A stretch of 63,423 bases of DNA, the filler included, from Squatina squatina (Eukaryota), in the NCBI GenBank assembly GCA_031763465.1. It is 3 parts of 2 records of this genome, joined end to end, with 100 filler letters (N's around TTAATTAATTAA, not from the genome) between each part and the next. Parts side by side here need not be neighbours in the genome. Positions count along the whole stretch, not along the records: positions 27,322 to 50,734 come from JARFOE010000234.1; positions 50,835 to 63,423 come from JARFOE010000001.1; 1 more part is not named here. One strand, written 5' to 3'. Each line of letters opens with the position of its first letter. Within the stretch, counting starts at the first letter, position 1. Positions 38,873 through 53,502 of this stretch are shown in pieces. A program made the translations under genes and the position numbers. The notes under the pieces are model-generated. The model was not told the origin of the DNA, did no database searches, and saw only the letters and a list, made by a program, of their open reading frames with translations.

Positions 38873-39538
38873 ATATTTGTTGTAACAGTGCGGAGTTTTT
38901 GTTTATGCAGGGAGGTGCAGGTCATATATTTTCAAATTTTAAAAATGCATTCCTAAGAGATATTTTAAGAAGATGATTCTCGTGATCAAAAATCTATTCT
39001 TTCAAACCATTCAAAAAATTAACAGATTTCAATTAAGCCCAAGGAGAGTGAATGAATTATCAAATTTCCATACAACTCCTATATGTTTTGATCCAGTACA
39101 GTGCTCTGTAGCTGTTACCACTCATAGAATAGTCAGCTGGAGTAACTGGAGCACAATTGCAGATATCAGATAATTCATGGTTTAGAAAGTCATCTGAACC
39201 CCAAGATTGTGTTACAACCTGACAATGCAGGTGATCAAACATACAACCTCTGCTTTTCCATGTGTGATATGTTCTTCTTACACTGACTCCAAGTTATACC
39301 ATTCAGATATACTGTTCTGCTGTTGTCCCCACCAAGCTGTACTGTTCAGTCATAGCACACTAAAATAAAATGATAAAACAGCAGCAAGAGGGAGACTTAC
39401 ACTTGTTAAGGGATATCTAGGTCTCACACCCTTTAGTATTAGTGTTGTAATTATTTATATCTGGTAACTGAGGAGATGACATGAATCACTTTTCTAAATA
39501 TCAGCAAAGTAATTGCAATTTCTGTTTGTCTTTTCCAG

Positions 39539-39650
39539 ATACAAAACGTGGGAACGGCAGACAGTACGGTCCAGTTTTTCTTTTACCAGCCCATCATACA
39601 TCAGTGGAGGGAGACGGATTTCTTCCCTTGTTCCGTTACTTGTGGTGGAG
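39539..39650 (+). CDS. ADAMTSL1: ADAMTSL1 exon (spacer end / TSR start)
   Basis: 112-nt exon IQNVGTADSTVQFFFYQPIIHQWRETDFFPCSVTCGG. Confidence 0.9.
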
Positions 39651-41940
39651 GTAATATTCGTTAAGTCATTTTCATTTACTGAAACAGCTCTGTCTAAATA
39701 GCTTGTTATAGAAGTTACTGTTGGTCATGTTATTGCATGAATACTTAACATATTGGAACACCCACTACTTTAACTGAGCCATTAGGTAATATTGAATGTT
39801 TCAGATACCAAATTTGTGTATGATTTATTAATAACAGAAATAGCATTTCATAAGCTGCCTCAGTGCCAAAAGACCACCCATTGCCACACCAACAATCTTC
39901 CAAGTGGTGAGTTTTCAGTTTCCGCAAGATCAGCTGAAGGAGGAGAGTCTTTGGAATGCCTCCAGCCCACAATACTAACTGACAATTGGAGTAAATTAAG
40001 AAAGCAGCATGTTCTTCTTTTCTCCACTCGACTGCAACCTAGGCATCGAATCAGGACACAGCGAAGGCACGCCCAGCCCAGATGACCATGCAAAATCCTC
40101 CTCGCTAACACCTGGGGATTGGGGCCAAATTTGGCAGAGCCACAGATTAATCAAGCGACAGTCTAACATAGTCATACTCTCAGAATGATTTACATCAGCC
40201 AAAGCGCCAGACTCCTCCATCACCATCCCTAGGTATGTCCTGTCCCACCGGCAGGACNNNNNNNNNNNNNNNNNNNNNNNNNNNNNNNNNNNNNNNNNNN
40301 NNNNNNNNNNNNNNNNNNNNNNNNNNNNNNNNNNNNNNNNNNNNNNNNNNNNNNNNNTCTGACCGAGTGTGAGAGAGAGGGAATGAACGACAACGTAAGC
40401 GCGACTGCTGTAAAATCAGTTGATTGTTGTTTCGTCAAAGCTCTTTGTAATTTAAAATGATGGAACAATCTATGGGGCACTTCTTTATGTTGAGCAAAAT
40501 TTCCATGGAGATTTTTCTCAAGTGGTTTTTTTTGTTTGCACATTGTACTGATTGTTCAGTAATTGTTTAATGACCTACCAAATTTATGTATGTACTTAGT
40601 AATTAGGCAAAGCACAATGAGACCATCTCATAAAACACCACTGCATTGTGGAACTGCACTTCCCCCATCAAGCAGTGCTGTTGCCGTGGAGGAAGCAAAT
40701 TACTATAAAGCATCAAGTCAGTGGGCCATTAATGGAATGGTCTCATTCAGCAATTCAAATTGTGGGCTGTCCTTATACTTAATCATGCACTTGGCTGTTG
40801 CTGGTTGCTGGTGTTCGGCACAAGCTTTGCACAAATTGTCAAAATGTGAGTGACCTAGCGCTGCTTTCCCAATCTGTCTGCTGCTTTAGTTACCACAGTG
40901 TGATAGTCATTCTGTTTTCCTTTTTCCCATCAGCTGATGCATGATGCTGCTCACAGATTTGTAAAGTATTGCTATACAATGTGTCTGGGGAACTGTGGCC
41001 TCCAGTTGTCTTGGTTTCTGTGTTACTTTGTCCGCTTACTGTTTTGTCTGTGGCGCTGGCACCAGGATGCCAATGTCTGCAGCAATGAAAGTGCAATGCA
41101 AAATAAGTTGCTGTTAACGTTCAATATACTTGGAAAGATAACTTTAAGGTAAAACCTTTATGGAAAATCTGGCTGCCATTCAGAAGTCAGTTATATTTTC
41201 ACAAATTATAGTGCATATATGTTCCCCTTTGTCTTTCCCCCACCAATCCACCCCCCAGATTCTATACACCAGTCCTCATCAGTGTTTACAGCCATCAATT
41301 GCCCCCAAGCCTCTGACAATGCACCTTTATAATCCGCCAGTTCAAGGTATGCAACAACCCAGACTGGCTCATTCCCCCAATGTATCATAAGGATATTAAG
41401 GAAAAGGCTATTATCCCAATGGGCCCTTTAGCTTTGTGATAACTCTTAACCCCACCTATTTGTTTTTCACCCTAGCTCACAACCCCTTTATCTCCAGAAA
41501 TCTATCAAGTTGTTTCTTGCATCAATTTACCGGGAATGATTCTTGTCTCGGTGCCGCCACAATTTAGGACGGCAGTGATCCAGAAATCTGACAGAAACCA
41601 GTTGTGCCAGGTTCCCTGCTTGATCTTTAGATAGGGCCTGGGGCTGGAGTCAGAAGCTGCTATGTATGCAGGAGGCAGGCAGTAGGGGTGAGGGGAGAGG
41701 AAAAGGGTGGGGGGGGGGTGCAGAGGGGCAGGGAAGGAGGCAGAGAGGGGAAANNNNNNNNNNNNNNNNNNNNNNNNNNNNNNNNNNNNNNNNNNNNNNN
41801 NNNNNNNNNNNNNNNNNNNNNNNNNNNNNNNNNNNNNNNNNNNNNNNNNNNNNTGCCAACATGCCATTTGCATTGTGTGATATTGTGACTCACCTGCAGC
41901 CGCTGTATGCCAGAGACTGAGTGTTGTTCTGTGTTATCAG

Positions 41941-42145
41941 ATGGGACAGTAGCCCTTGGACAGCCTGCTCCAGCTCGTGTGGAGGGGGTGCTCAGCTCCG
42001 CACTGTCTCCTGTGTGGAGGAAGATATTAATGGAGAAGTCAACAACGTGGAGGAGTGGAAGTGCATGTACATACAGAAATTTCCAGTCGTACAGCCCTGT
42101 AACCTCTTTGACTGCCCAAAATGGTTGGCACAGGAATGGTCTCCC
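41941..42145 (+). CDS. ADAMTSL1: ADAMTSL1 TSR exon
   Basis: 205-nt exon WDSSPWTACSSSCGGGAQLRTVSCVEEDINGEVNNVEEWKCMYIQKFPVVQPCNLFDCPKWLAQEWSP. Confidence 0.92.
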
Positions 42146-42369
42146 GTAAGGAACTCTTTCATCTGACGATCTTGGGTTGGGGTCACAAGATCCGTTAGTG
42201 TAGTCAGCAGTGAGAGTAAAGACAGCAGAATTTCACAATTACTTCCATCATTGTTGGCAAAATTTGGAAAAATGCTTTCATTTTCAGACATCATCCTTGA
42301 AAGAATGTATCTTCTTTTATATTGAGGTCATTCTGTACTATCTTACAGTTTTTAATTTTATTTATTATT

Positions 42370-42671
42370 TAATGAGATGTGGCCATCGCTGTCAAGGCCG
42401 GCATTTACTGCCAATCCCTAATTGCCCTTGAGAAGGTGGTGATGAGCTGCCACCTTGAACTGCTGCCGTCCGTGTAGTGAAGGTGCTCCCACAGTGCTAT
42501 AAGGGAGGGAGTTCCAGGATTTTGACCCAGCAACAATGAACAGTGAAATATTTCCAAGTCAGGATGGTGTGTGACTCGGAGGGGAACTTGGAGGTGATGG
42601 TGTTCCCATGCGTCTGCTGCCCTTGTCCTTCTAGATGGTAGAGGTCGCGGGTTTGGGAGGTGCTGTCGAAG
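42370..42671 (-). mobile_element. LINE 3' end, tail shared with SINEs
   Basis: Antisense ggcatttactgccaatccctaattgcccttgagaaggtggt...; decayed ORF2 end. Confidence 0.75.
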
Positions 42672-44681
42672 NNNNNNNNNNNNNNNNNNNNNNNNNNNNN
42701 NNNNNNNNNNNNNNNNNNNNNNNNNNNNNNNNNNNNNNNNNNNNNNNNNNNNNNNNNNNNNNNNNNNNNNNTTGGACTCCTGCCCCGGTGTGGACTCCTG
42801 CCCCGCTGTGGGCTCCTGCCCAATCAGATGCCTCCCCCTGCCCCGCGTCTCACCTATACACACACATACACACGTGCACCGAAAGGTATTTCCTGCGAAT
42901 GCATTTTGCAGCTGGTAAAAGCTATAGATAAGCAGAGCAGTTAAATCGGAGTTTCAATAGATAATGGTTTGTTACTTTTCCATTTTCAGAGTGCTGGGTG
43001 CTATTGAGAAAATGTTCATTTTGTTCACTTTATATATGGAATGATCTTGCTCTCTTGCTGCAGCATTTGTGTTAGCGTAGGATATTGATTGCTCCATGTA
43101 AGTGGGAACTGAAGGTAGAATATGTACAGCTGAAACTGACGAGGTCTATTGCTGGAATGTGAATTGAACAAACACACGGTCTGGAGCTTGGGTCTCAGAA
43201 CTGCAGTAAATTCTTTTGTGGTCTTATTTCGTTATTGCTCACTATAAGAGGCAGTCTGTGAATGGAATCCAGGACAGAAAGAATACATTGCTCACACCGA
43301 CTTTCAAAAATGGTTTGAACTGCTTCCAGTCCAAGCATGTGACTGCTGTTCTCCCAAAGTTAGCAGAACTGGAATCATTTCACACGCAATGATTGTATTT
43401 GTAATTTATTTTTCCCACAGAAGCTATCACTTTAAATATTCTTCTATTTCAGACTTGAATAAAATGCTGTAAATATGTAGCTTTCACTGAATAATGCAAG
43501 CAGTTTACAAATTTTTAGATTTCTATGCATTTGATTTTTAATGAATGACTTTGAAATGGAGTGACTACGATGTGGACAAAGTCAGAAGCCACTCTTCACC
43601 AGTGAAATTCCACAAACAGCAGTCGCCATTTCAACCAGGGTGTTTGTAGCTGCGGGAGGCATGTTAAAATTGGAGTTGGTCAGATGGGGGCAGGAAGGGG
43701 GTTGATTCGCATCACCCCCACCCCCATTTCATTTAAACTGTCTCCATGCCTGGTTTCCACCATCAAGACCACTGCCACAGTGGGTAGTTGCACCATAAGA
43801 TGTGATACTATGCAATAAAGAGCGGCAAGATCCCAGCTTTAACCTTTGACCTGTGTTGAATTATCTGCTTTCATCTATAGTAGTGGTGGGATGATACAAT
43901 TATGTTCACCCTCACTACCTGGGCAGTAACCTGGCGGAGTGGGTCGTTCGTCCATTTTACAGTCTGCCCCGTGACAATGGTATGATAATCAGCTCTGTTC
44001 TAAAACTACAGGATGATCCTCTTCGCCACATCACTGCTCCTCATCTCCCAAGATTAGGAAGGGGAAATTAGCCAGCAACACCACTAGTTCCCCCACCCCC
44101 GGCCATGATCCACTATTGGAATGTGTACAGATATGGACCTCGGCTGAGGTGGGGGCAGGGTCAGAATCAGCTGTGAGTCCTGCATCATGAAATAGTCCAC
44201 GAGCACTGAATGACTAGGCTCACATGTGACAAATGGCACTGTGGGTGAGGTACTGGAACGTTGTGGGACAGGATCCCAAGAGTGTACTGTCTTCAGGAGC
44301 AGAGGCAAGAAAATTGGATTTTGTTTTAAAGTTACTATCACCAATCCCTCTCAATGGCACAATGAAGGATATGGAAGTGATGCTATTGTATCAGAATGCA
44401 GCAGTGTTTATATAGCAGGCAGGACATTTTGAAAATTTCATCCACCTCTTTCTTCAAGTGTTGAAGTTATTATCCAGGCATTGAGGTCCACTGTGTAATG
44501 TATTGTTATAATCTGAAATTTTAAATATATATATAAAACCACTTTTTCTGTAAAAAAAAAATTAATTTAATCCTAGCTATATCTGAAAAATTATTGGTAT
44601 AATCTCTCTTATTTGTATAAAAGGTTTTAGAAGGTTTGTTACTATTTCTGTTGGCTGACATGGCACTCACTGCCTTCCTAG

Positions 44682-44983
44682 GTTTATTCCGCAGCCCTGG
44701 TTCCCATGTAGCACAACCTGTGGAGCTGGCACTCAGGGTCGCAAGGTCACATGCCAAGTGCTCCTGTCTTTTTCCCAATCGGTCGAAGACCTGCCAGATG
44801 ATGAGTGTGAAGGCACCAAACCGCAGACAGAACGAGCTTGTTACACAGGGCCATGCAGTGGGGAAACAGTAGAATACGACCTTGAAGAAGCAGATTTATT
44901 GTATACCAACCTACAGGATTTTGATGAGCTGTATGACTGGGATTACGAGGGATTCACGGAGTGCTCGGAATCATGTGCAGGAG
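44682..44983 (+). CDS. ADAMTSL1: ADAMTSL1 TSR exon
   Basis: 302-nt exon FIPQPWFPCSTTCGAGTQGRKVTCQVLLSFSQSVEDLPDDECEGTKP...LQDFDELYDWDYEGFTECSESCAG. Confidence 0.92.
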
Positions 44984-46049
44984 GTAAGAAACTGTCTGGC
45001 AAATCTATTTTCCCCAATATTACTAAACAAGGTAAAGCTATCTAATCATCCCTTAAAAACTATTGTTGAGTATTTTTCAATTCCTGACTCCGAAACCATC
45101 TCAATCTGTCAGCCCCATTATCCACTTTTTACNNNNNNNNNNNNNNNNNNNNNNNNNNNNNNNNNNNNNNNNNNNNNNNNNNNNNNNNNNNNNNNNNNNN
45201 NNNNNNNNNNNNNNNNNNNNNNNNNNNNNNNNATTGAATTTACATTGTGGGAAGACTTTTGTTCATTGCAGAGAAAGTCTGTCTCCATTTGTCTAGCCTT
45301 TCTGTCAATCTATCAGCAAATACAATGCATGTAGTCAGAGCCTGCAGTTAAGAGATTAATGTTACCAAAACCTTTGAAAAAATATTATTCATAAATATCT
45401 GGGGAACGACGTACAGTGTTAATCCTAACAAAGCCCTCACTATTCTAGAGAAGACTTATATATTTTGGGAATGATTCTGACTGAAATGTGATAAAGATGA
45501 AAAAAAATAGACATCAAAAAAGTCCCACACTGTTTCATACCATTAGGGCAATTTACATGCCTCTGTTGGCAGGAACATTACCTCAGGAAGTTTCTTTGTC
45601 CGCTTTCACTAGAGGAACTTTGACTGAACCAGCAAAGTTAAATGGTTACCACCAGCATCACTTCAACACACCACCATTTTATTCTGTCTACAGGCAAGTT
45701 AACTGCTGGGTACAGTGTTAAAAACAGATTATTCTATATCATGTATGAATTAAGCAGCAATCAAAGGCCAAAGTTCTCAACAAGGCAAGAATTCTCAATC
45801 TAGGGTCACTGAAAACAGAAAGGTGAAACCCAAATAGGAAAACCCTTTGTCTCTTGTTAAATAATTTCAAAAGCAAAATTTCAATTCAGAGTCAATTGCC
45901 ACTGTGTTCAAAGTAGAATTCTCTGAGAGTTATATGAAAAAGGAAATGAAAGAGTGAAGTGTTCTGTTATTACCAGTGGCTATTTTACTTTTACACACTT
46001 AAAAACCAAATCAGTCAATGTTTCCACAGTTCTATAGAATTTTTTTTAT

Positions 46050-46320
46050 TCCTGCTCAGGATATGGGCGCCACTGGCAAGGCCAACAATCATTGCTCCAA
46101 GTTGGCGATGTTGGCAAGACCCCATTTACTGCCCATTCCTGGTTGACCTGAGGTCATGTAATGTGGGACTGGAGTCAAATCTAGGCCAGACCAGATAGGG
46201 GTGCAAGTTCCCTTTCCTGAAGGACATTTGTGAACTAGTTGAGTTTTTACAATGATTCCTTTCATGGTTATTTTATCTGGGGCCAGACCCCAAATTATAA
46301 GATTGTAAATGGATTTTTTT
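46050..46320 (-). mobile_element. SINE, same family as 6540-6830
   Basis: Reverse-complement similarity (ggactggagtc...taggccagacc...ttccctttcctgaaggacatt.gtgaact). Confidence 0.55.
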
Positions 46321-46631
46321 GTTTCTTTATTTTTGCAACTTGAATAGCCCACCTAGTGCAAGCGATCGCTCTGTAATCAATTGCACTTGTCTCTGCCTCC
46401 CCTTTAATTTTAAACACCCACCGCCCCTCCATTCACTGTCATGAATGCATTGATTTGCTGATGCCCAACATTTCTAAGGTGTTAATGATGGATGATATAT
46501 ATCTGTCATTAACAGTTAATTTGAATATGCCNNNNNNNNNNNNNNNNNNNNNNNNNNNNNNNNNNNNNNNNNNNNNNNNNNNNNNNNNNNNNNNNNNNNN
46601 NNNNNNNNNNNNNNNNNNNNNNNNNNNNNNN

Positions 46632-47767
46632 AACAGAAAGGAATTCAAGCCTGCCCACCGACAAGGACCTCATATACTGGGTCTTCAAAAAGTATATGTT
46701 CAACTAAGGAAAGAAAGAAAACTCCAGTTCACCACTGGTGGACAGGCATATCTGCTTCCCAAAACATCAGTGGTCATCAGGTGTCCCGTTAGAAGATTCC
46801 GGAAATCGATGGTAACATGGGAGAAAGATGGAAAACATTTATCAAGCTCTACCCATGTCACAGTCACTCATTTTGGTTATATCAAAATAAACCGACTGAA
46901 GCCAGTAAATATAGGTACCTATACATGTGTAGCAGGACCTGTGCATGATAATTTTGTGATTAAAATCATTGGAAGCAACAATAAACTGATTGAGTCGCCA
47001 TCGTCCAGTAAACAGGAAGGAGCCATCGGGAAAGGAATCTCAAATGAAGCAGTAAGTCCAAATGACAAGTACCTACCAGGTTTGAGAATGAATGGTAGCA
47101 AGTCAGACAAAAATAGATTCTTCATAAGCCACCATGGTCAATATGATGGAATTATTCTTAAACTCCTTGAGATAAAAGGTTGGTCTCGAGAGAGTCTAGA
47201 TTCAAGGGAGTCACAGGAGTCCACAGAAAAGGATTTCACTTCTGCAGAGGACGCAAGCATGGAATCTATCATTCCGTTAACTTATGTAATAGATCAGGAG
47301 AGACTGGATGAAATTAACAGGGCCATATCACGGCAGACTGATGAACTGAAGGATGTCTATGCTACTCATGTTATTGCCCAGTTAGTTGCTGAGATTTCTA
47401 TGGGCCAACCAGATGCCAATGAATCCAAACTGAAACACGGGGAGAGAAGCACAGATACCAGTTCAGTGGAACCTTTTTTCCATAAAATCACCGATGGCCA
47501 TGGGGCAACAAAATTATCTTCAGTGGATAGGTCCAGTTCTAAGGAATCTATTCATGCATCTAAAGAGTCGTTCAAGGCACCAGTAATACTGCAGAAGACC
47601 AGTGACAAAGTGTTACCTCTGTCAGCAGAGGTTATTGTCGATGTGGGCCACACAGTACTGCTGGCTAGTTGGACACATACATTGGTGCTGAGGTGTGAAG
47701 CAGAGGGAAATCCAAAACCCGTCATTAGATGGACAAAGAATGGCCAAATGTTGAAATACAGCCATAG
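46632..47767 (+). CDS. ADAMTSL1: ADAMTSL1 large exon (Ig domain, linker, start of next Ig domain); 5' end in gap
   Basis: Open for more than 1.1 kb: PHILGLQKVYVQLRKERKLQFTTGGQAYLLPKTSVVIRCPVRRFRKSMVTWEKDGKHL...GTYTCVAG...LRCEAEGNPKPVIRWTKNG; donor AG|gtaaga. Confidence 0.93.
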
Positions 47768-48509
47768 GTAAGATCATTTTTATTCACTATGCGTGTAATG
47801 GTTGGTTCGTTTCTTCTCAGTAAATATGTTGAAGCACTCATCACTGTCCATCCTCTTTACATGTGTATGGCCTGTTATGTGCTGTATTTTCTATGTTCTA
47901 TGTTCTTACCCTCAGATACTAACAACTCCAATGAATTCCATACTCCCTAAGCTAGTGATACTTCTGATGGTTCATTTCCCATGCTGTAGGCCTGAATCAT
48001 CTCCCGACATTACAGTAATAACACAACTCAGATGTTCGGAGTGAGTTTTTAGTGTAATATAATTGTACTAGTAATAGCATTTTCAAAAAATCCTAATACA
48101 GTGCAAAACTGTTAAATAAATAATGATTTTGCCAAGTAATTTTATTCACATCTAGCAATGCCGCACAGTATTTAACAGTTAGCCATTTTTTAAAACAGTT
48201 CATCAACTAATGCTTGCTTTTTAGCTCGAGACATTGGATTAACAGTGTCCTCTTGCCTGTAGAACACACACAAAACTTGATACTAGCACCTGATGAGACA
48301 GTTTTCGCACCTAAACAAAAGCATTTGTCACATTGTTGATTTGTCACAAAGCACCTGGTGAGGTGAAACATTACTGAGTTGCCTACCAGGCAATTTTCAT
48401 ACCTGGACAAAAACACTTATAAAAAGGGCTCAATGCATTGATTGGTAAAAGAGGGTTGAACAATCCCAATCTTTAGTGAGGCAGCCCAACGGTGAAATTA
48501 ATAGCTCCA

Positions 48510-48810
48510 GGGGGAGAAATTCCCCAGCGCCCCGATTGGGGGTGGTAGCCAACTTGGGGCAGGACTTCCTGCGTCCGGCGCGGCAGTCCCGCCCCGGCTG
48601 CCAAATTACAGTTACTGCCTCTCAGAGGAAGTGGAGCACAATCTCGCACAATCTCCTTCCTCTTGGGGCAGATTCTGGGGCAGCACTGGAGCACACTCGG
48701 CAGTGCTACACAGATGCTCTGGTAGTGCTGATGCGTTTCAATGCCCCTCCCCTTTGGTTAAAGGGAAGGGCTGCTGCGCACTCTGTCAGGCCTTTGATAG
48801 CATCCACTAG
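48510..48810 (-). mobile_element. Partial MITE, same family as 34389-34984
   Basis: ggggagaaatt end; reverse-complement similarity to 34700-34984. Confidence 0.65.
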
Positions 48811-51800
48811 NNNNNNNNNNNNNNNNNNNNNNNNNNNNNNNNNNNNNNNNNNNNNNNNNNNNNNNNNNNNNNNNNNNNNNNNNNNNNNNNNNNNNNNNNN
48901 NNNNNNNNNNCTGTTCTTTTGTATAATGTATACATTTCTAAAACATTTTAAAAATACTGCTTACTTACACGAATCAATATAATTCTCATGCTGTTTAACA
49001 GTTATTGTGAGATAGATATATGTAGGTTACTAGTCACATGATACACCTTGATGTGATCAAGTGTAAGTTACTGATTATGTGACTGATTAAAAAGGCTGAC
49101 TTTTGCAATAAAATGCCAGGCTATTTACTGTATTGTAATTTAAAATTTAGGAAACAATTATCACCATGCCTTTATACAGAATGTAAGAGCAGCAAAGTGG
49201 GTCTGAAATATAAGCAACTTAGTTCTCTAAATTTATGTATAATTTAAGGTAAGATCTTTGTAAAATAAGCTCTGTATCTATTTATTAGAAAGTCATGTTG
49301 AAACGTGCAATATACCTGTTTAACTGTACATTATGTTGTCCAGAAAATACTATTTTTGGGGACTTTTATTTTCTTATTACCAAAGCTTTTTTTGTTGCTT
49401 ACTTTTGCAAGAGAATTTGAATTTCTCATTTTAACAGCACTTCCATTGAATACTTTTTCACTTATTTGTTTTACGCTGCACCACTAGGGGGTGTCATCCT
49501 CAGTCATTGGGATGCGCAAAATAAGTGATACATTCCCAATGTGTTGNNNNNNNNNNNNNNNNNNNNNNNNNNNNNNNNNNNNNNNNNNNNNNNNNNNNNN
49601 NNNNNNNNNNNNNNNNNNNNNNNNNNNNNNNNNNNNNNNNNNNNNNNNNNNNNNNNNNNNNNNNNNNNNNNNNNNNNNNNNNNNNNNNNNNNNNNNNNNN
49701 NNNNNNNNNNNNNNNNNNNNNNNNNNNNNNNNNNNNNNNNNNNNNNNNNNNNNNNNNNNNNNNNNNNNNNNNNNNNNNNNNNNNNNNNNNNNNNNNNNNN
49801 NNNNNNNNNNNNNNNNNNNNNNNNNNNNNNNNNNNNNNNNNNNNNNNNNNNNNNNNNNNNNNNNNNNNNNNNNNNNNNNNNNNNNNNNNNAGTTGGGTCA
49901 CGGGTGTAGTTCTAGACGCAGAGATCATTGTGAATGTACATTTAGTTTTATCCTGTGACAAGGACCCAGTGGCATACCTTCTAATTGTAATGTTGCTGGA
50001 TAAAGTCTGATGTTACTTACCAGAAGCCTATTTATGTAATTTCTTTTGTACCAACTCTACTTAAGTACAAATATTTATTGAATTTTCAGCATTTCCTTTG
50101 TTCTCTGATTTACCCAAAACTGGTATTTAAACACAGATCTGAGTGTTATTTTGATGCTCAGTCAGCTTTCTTCCTGTCACTTGATTCTTCAAAGCACAAA
50201 ATCCCAACCCATCCATATCCACAAAAACTCATTTTAACACTAAAAAATGGGTGGATTGAGGTCAGGAGTGAGGTGGAACAAGGAGGCGGGTTGACAATTT
50301 AAATATTTTAATAAGGTTGTCAGCCTCATGTGAGCTTAGATGGGTCAAAAAGATCTTATCTCATCCTCGACTTTTCCTATGTATTTATATGGTGCATTTA
50401 ATAACAATGCTGCTGCCCTCTGCAGTAAAGTCACACTGTAGCAGGAGCCAAGCGATGGTTGGCTCCTATTACCCTGATGGTTCCTGATATCAGTTGCACT
50501 GCTGTGGGCTGGTACTGAGAATTGTATCAGGCATCTCCCCATATTGGGAGAGGAAAGGGAAAAATGATGAAATTAGTCTGGGCCTCTATGTTTAGAGCTC
50601 CCTCACACTGAGGACAGTTGTCCTGCAGCGGTGCATGTCCTGGTGAGGAGGGGGAAGGAATAAATGGTAGTAGAAAATGAGCAGAGAAAGCCAGTACTTG
50701 TCTTCAGAGGAAGGTACATTGGGGGTGAAATTCANNNNNNNNNNNNNNNNNNNNNNNNNNNNNNNNNNNNNNNNNNNNTTAATTAATTAANNNNNNNNNN
50801 NNNNNNNNNNNNNNNNNNNNNNNNNNNNNNNNNNTATTTTCCAATCCATTTTAGAGTTCATGGAATGGAAACACCACTGGTGGGAATAACAGGAGCTGCA
50901 GCAGAGAAAGGGGAACAAGTGGGTAAATTTACCAATTCTGCACACCCAGCAGCGAGCAAGAAGTGCAGGGTAGTGAATTAGCGCAAAGATGTTGTAGCCC
51001 TAGCTCTGACCCACTTAACCCCCAAAAATGAGTGGGTTTGTGTCAGGTGTAAGTAAAAATGTAAGAAATTTCAAATCTGAACCCAACCCACTTCAAACCC
51101 GCCCATTTCTGGTTTTAACGGAGGCGTGATGGGGACGGGCAACCAACCCGCTCCCTGGAGGTGCGTCGTTCATTTAAATATTTTAATGAAGCTGCTTGTC
51201 ACTAATTTTTTCTCTCTGTTCCAGCTTTAACCCTGCCCAGCCAAGTTTCCCAGGCCTCGGGAATACTGGCAGCTGAAGGGAGGCAAAGACTGCTGCATGG
51301 AATAGGTAAGTGCTTTTCCAGCACTGCTTTTGGGCCAGGAGGAACAGGAGTGCTTCCTCCCAACCCACCAAGCAGATCTGTTAACATCTCCCACGATTGG
51401 ATCCACCCCCCACCGACGCGATCTGATGCCCTCGTGATATCTACCCCAGCCAACAATCTTCTCCCCACCACCCTCCCCCCAAATGGCCTCCATGGGCCCC
51501 TTCAACAATCTTCTCCCCTCCTCCCCAATCTCTGGACCCTCNNNNNNNNNNNNNNNNNNNNNNNNNNNNNNNNNNNNNNNNNNNNNNNNNNNNNNNNNNN
51601 NNNNNNNNNNNNNNNNNNNNNNNNNNNNNNNNNNNNNNNNNCTGATCTGAGTGAGATCAACCTGTTCACCGTGTGATTGTGGTTTTATTTGCCCTCTGAA
51701 TCAATGGTACATGTCATTTTTTGAAGGGCGTCAGCAGTGATGCTGCTGTCTTTTACTAATGGAATTGCTGGATTTATTTTGTAAAAAATTCTAATTTAAA

Positions 51801-53502
51801 AACTCATTCCTCTTTGATTAAGAAAATTTGAACTTGCTGTCGTTTGGGTTCAATAAGTATTGCAAAACGACTATGAAAAATTGCCACATATAAAACTTTA
51901 TAGGTTATATTAAAAAAAAGCCATTGTACATCCTCTTTAGAGCAGTACATACTTACAGGAAGAGAGCTGCCATGATTTCAATGCAGCTATTAATTCAACA
52001 AGCTGGCGGCTGGAGTCAAAAGTGACACATGTTTCTTGACAGCCTCAGTTCTCAGTGGGCGTTAGTCCAAAGCACAATATTTTCACAGTGCTGTAGGTCT
52101 GACTTGTGAAATAAGGATAATTTGACATTAAAAATGTCACCTGGCACACAAGTAAGTGCTGCCCCGAGATCCACTGTTCAGCTAGCTCCAGCAGGTCTCC
52201 AGTGAAGAGACTCAGCTTAAGGTAGTCAGGGCTGTCAACCAGCATAGCTTAGGAAATGTCATAGGCTCTGCTTTAGTCAGGCATCACTATAATGAGTGCA
52301 AAAAATGTAAAAATACTGATATAGCTTTTATTGTTATTGATGTTTATATTATCAGCTTCAATGCCTGATAGACAGATTCCACTTTTCTAATGCGTTGGTA
52401 TTATGCATTTTCGCTTTCTTATTACAGAAATCCGTCCTGATCTTTTTCATTTCACTTAAGTATCTTCTACCTTGCGCTTTAATCTGCAATTCACTCAGAA
52501 TGTTATACAGCCATAATATAATTGCACTGAGCATTTTCATAAATTAAAGTATAAGCTTGTGGTTTTGTAAGGATGAGCCTGAATATTAAAGGAGCTGGGG
52601 TTAGTAACATTATGAAAATTGCTCCAGGGAATTTCTCAAGGATTAGATAAGATTATGCGATTGGCTGCTTTGCATGCTATTGAGGGTTGAATTTTTAACA
52701 TTAGGTTCTCTGGAGATTCACCGGGGTTAGGTGGTAATAGGTTCCAAAACCATCAGTAGTTTGCACAGTGGGCCAGCAGTTCAGTTAATTAGTATTTGTG
52801 GATAGTTATAATGTATTTGCAAGAGTCAGGACCTGTACACATTATCTGAAAGGGACACAATTACGAGTGTGTTTTGCTCTTGGAATTCCGCATGTATATC
52901 AGCAATTGCAATGGACAAGTAATACAATATGCAATATCAGTTTCATGTCTTGGAACTACCTTAAATAATACCAGTCAAATATCTCTAAATTCTAGTGTTT
53001 TTCCAGTATTTCATGCTATGGAATAAATAGGGGTGACCTACTAGAGGTCTTTAAAATTATGAAAGGTTTTGATACAGCAGTGTCCGGAATTTTGCCGGCA
53101 CTCAGAATGCGGGTTTGGAGGCAGGCTCGCTGTCAAAATGGCCCTGATTGACAGTGGGTCGGGATCCCTCTCCGAACCCGCCCCCTTGTAAGTTTCCCAG
53201 CTGTCGGGTTTGCCGGTGGATCGCAAACCCGACACCAAGTGTCAGTCCAGTTAGTTAAAGGATTTAACAGCTACTTAAAAGACCTTAAGGCAATTAAAAC
53301 CAGACANNNNNNNNNNNNNNNNNNNNNNNNNNNNNNNNNNNNNNNNNNNNNNNNNNNNNNNNNNNNNNNNNNNNNNNNNNNNNNNNNNNNNNNNNNNNNN
53401 NNNNNNTAAATGTGAGGGTGTAAAAAATTAAAGGTAATAATAATACTTTGAATGGTGTGGAAGAGTAAAAGGATCTGAGGGCTTTGATTCACAAGACATT
53501 AA

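Noticed and set aside
38290-38976. Long periodic ORFs on both strands; CRISPR-like appearance
   Set aside because: A 36-bp head-to-tail minisatellite with no unique spacers; the ORFs result from a unit length divisible by 3
49491-50010. ORF-track entries spanning N runs
   Set aside because: Lengths are inflated by X translation of gaps
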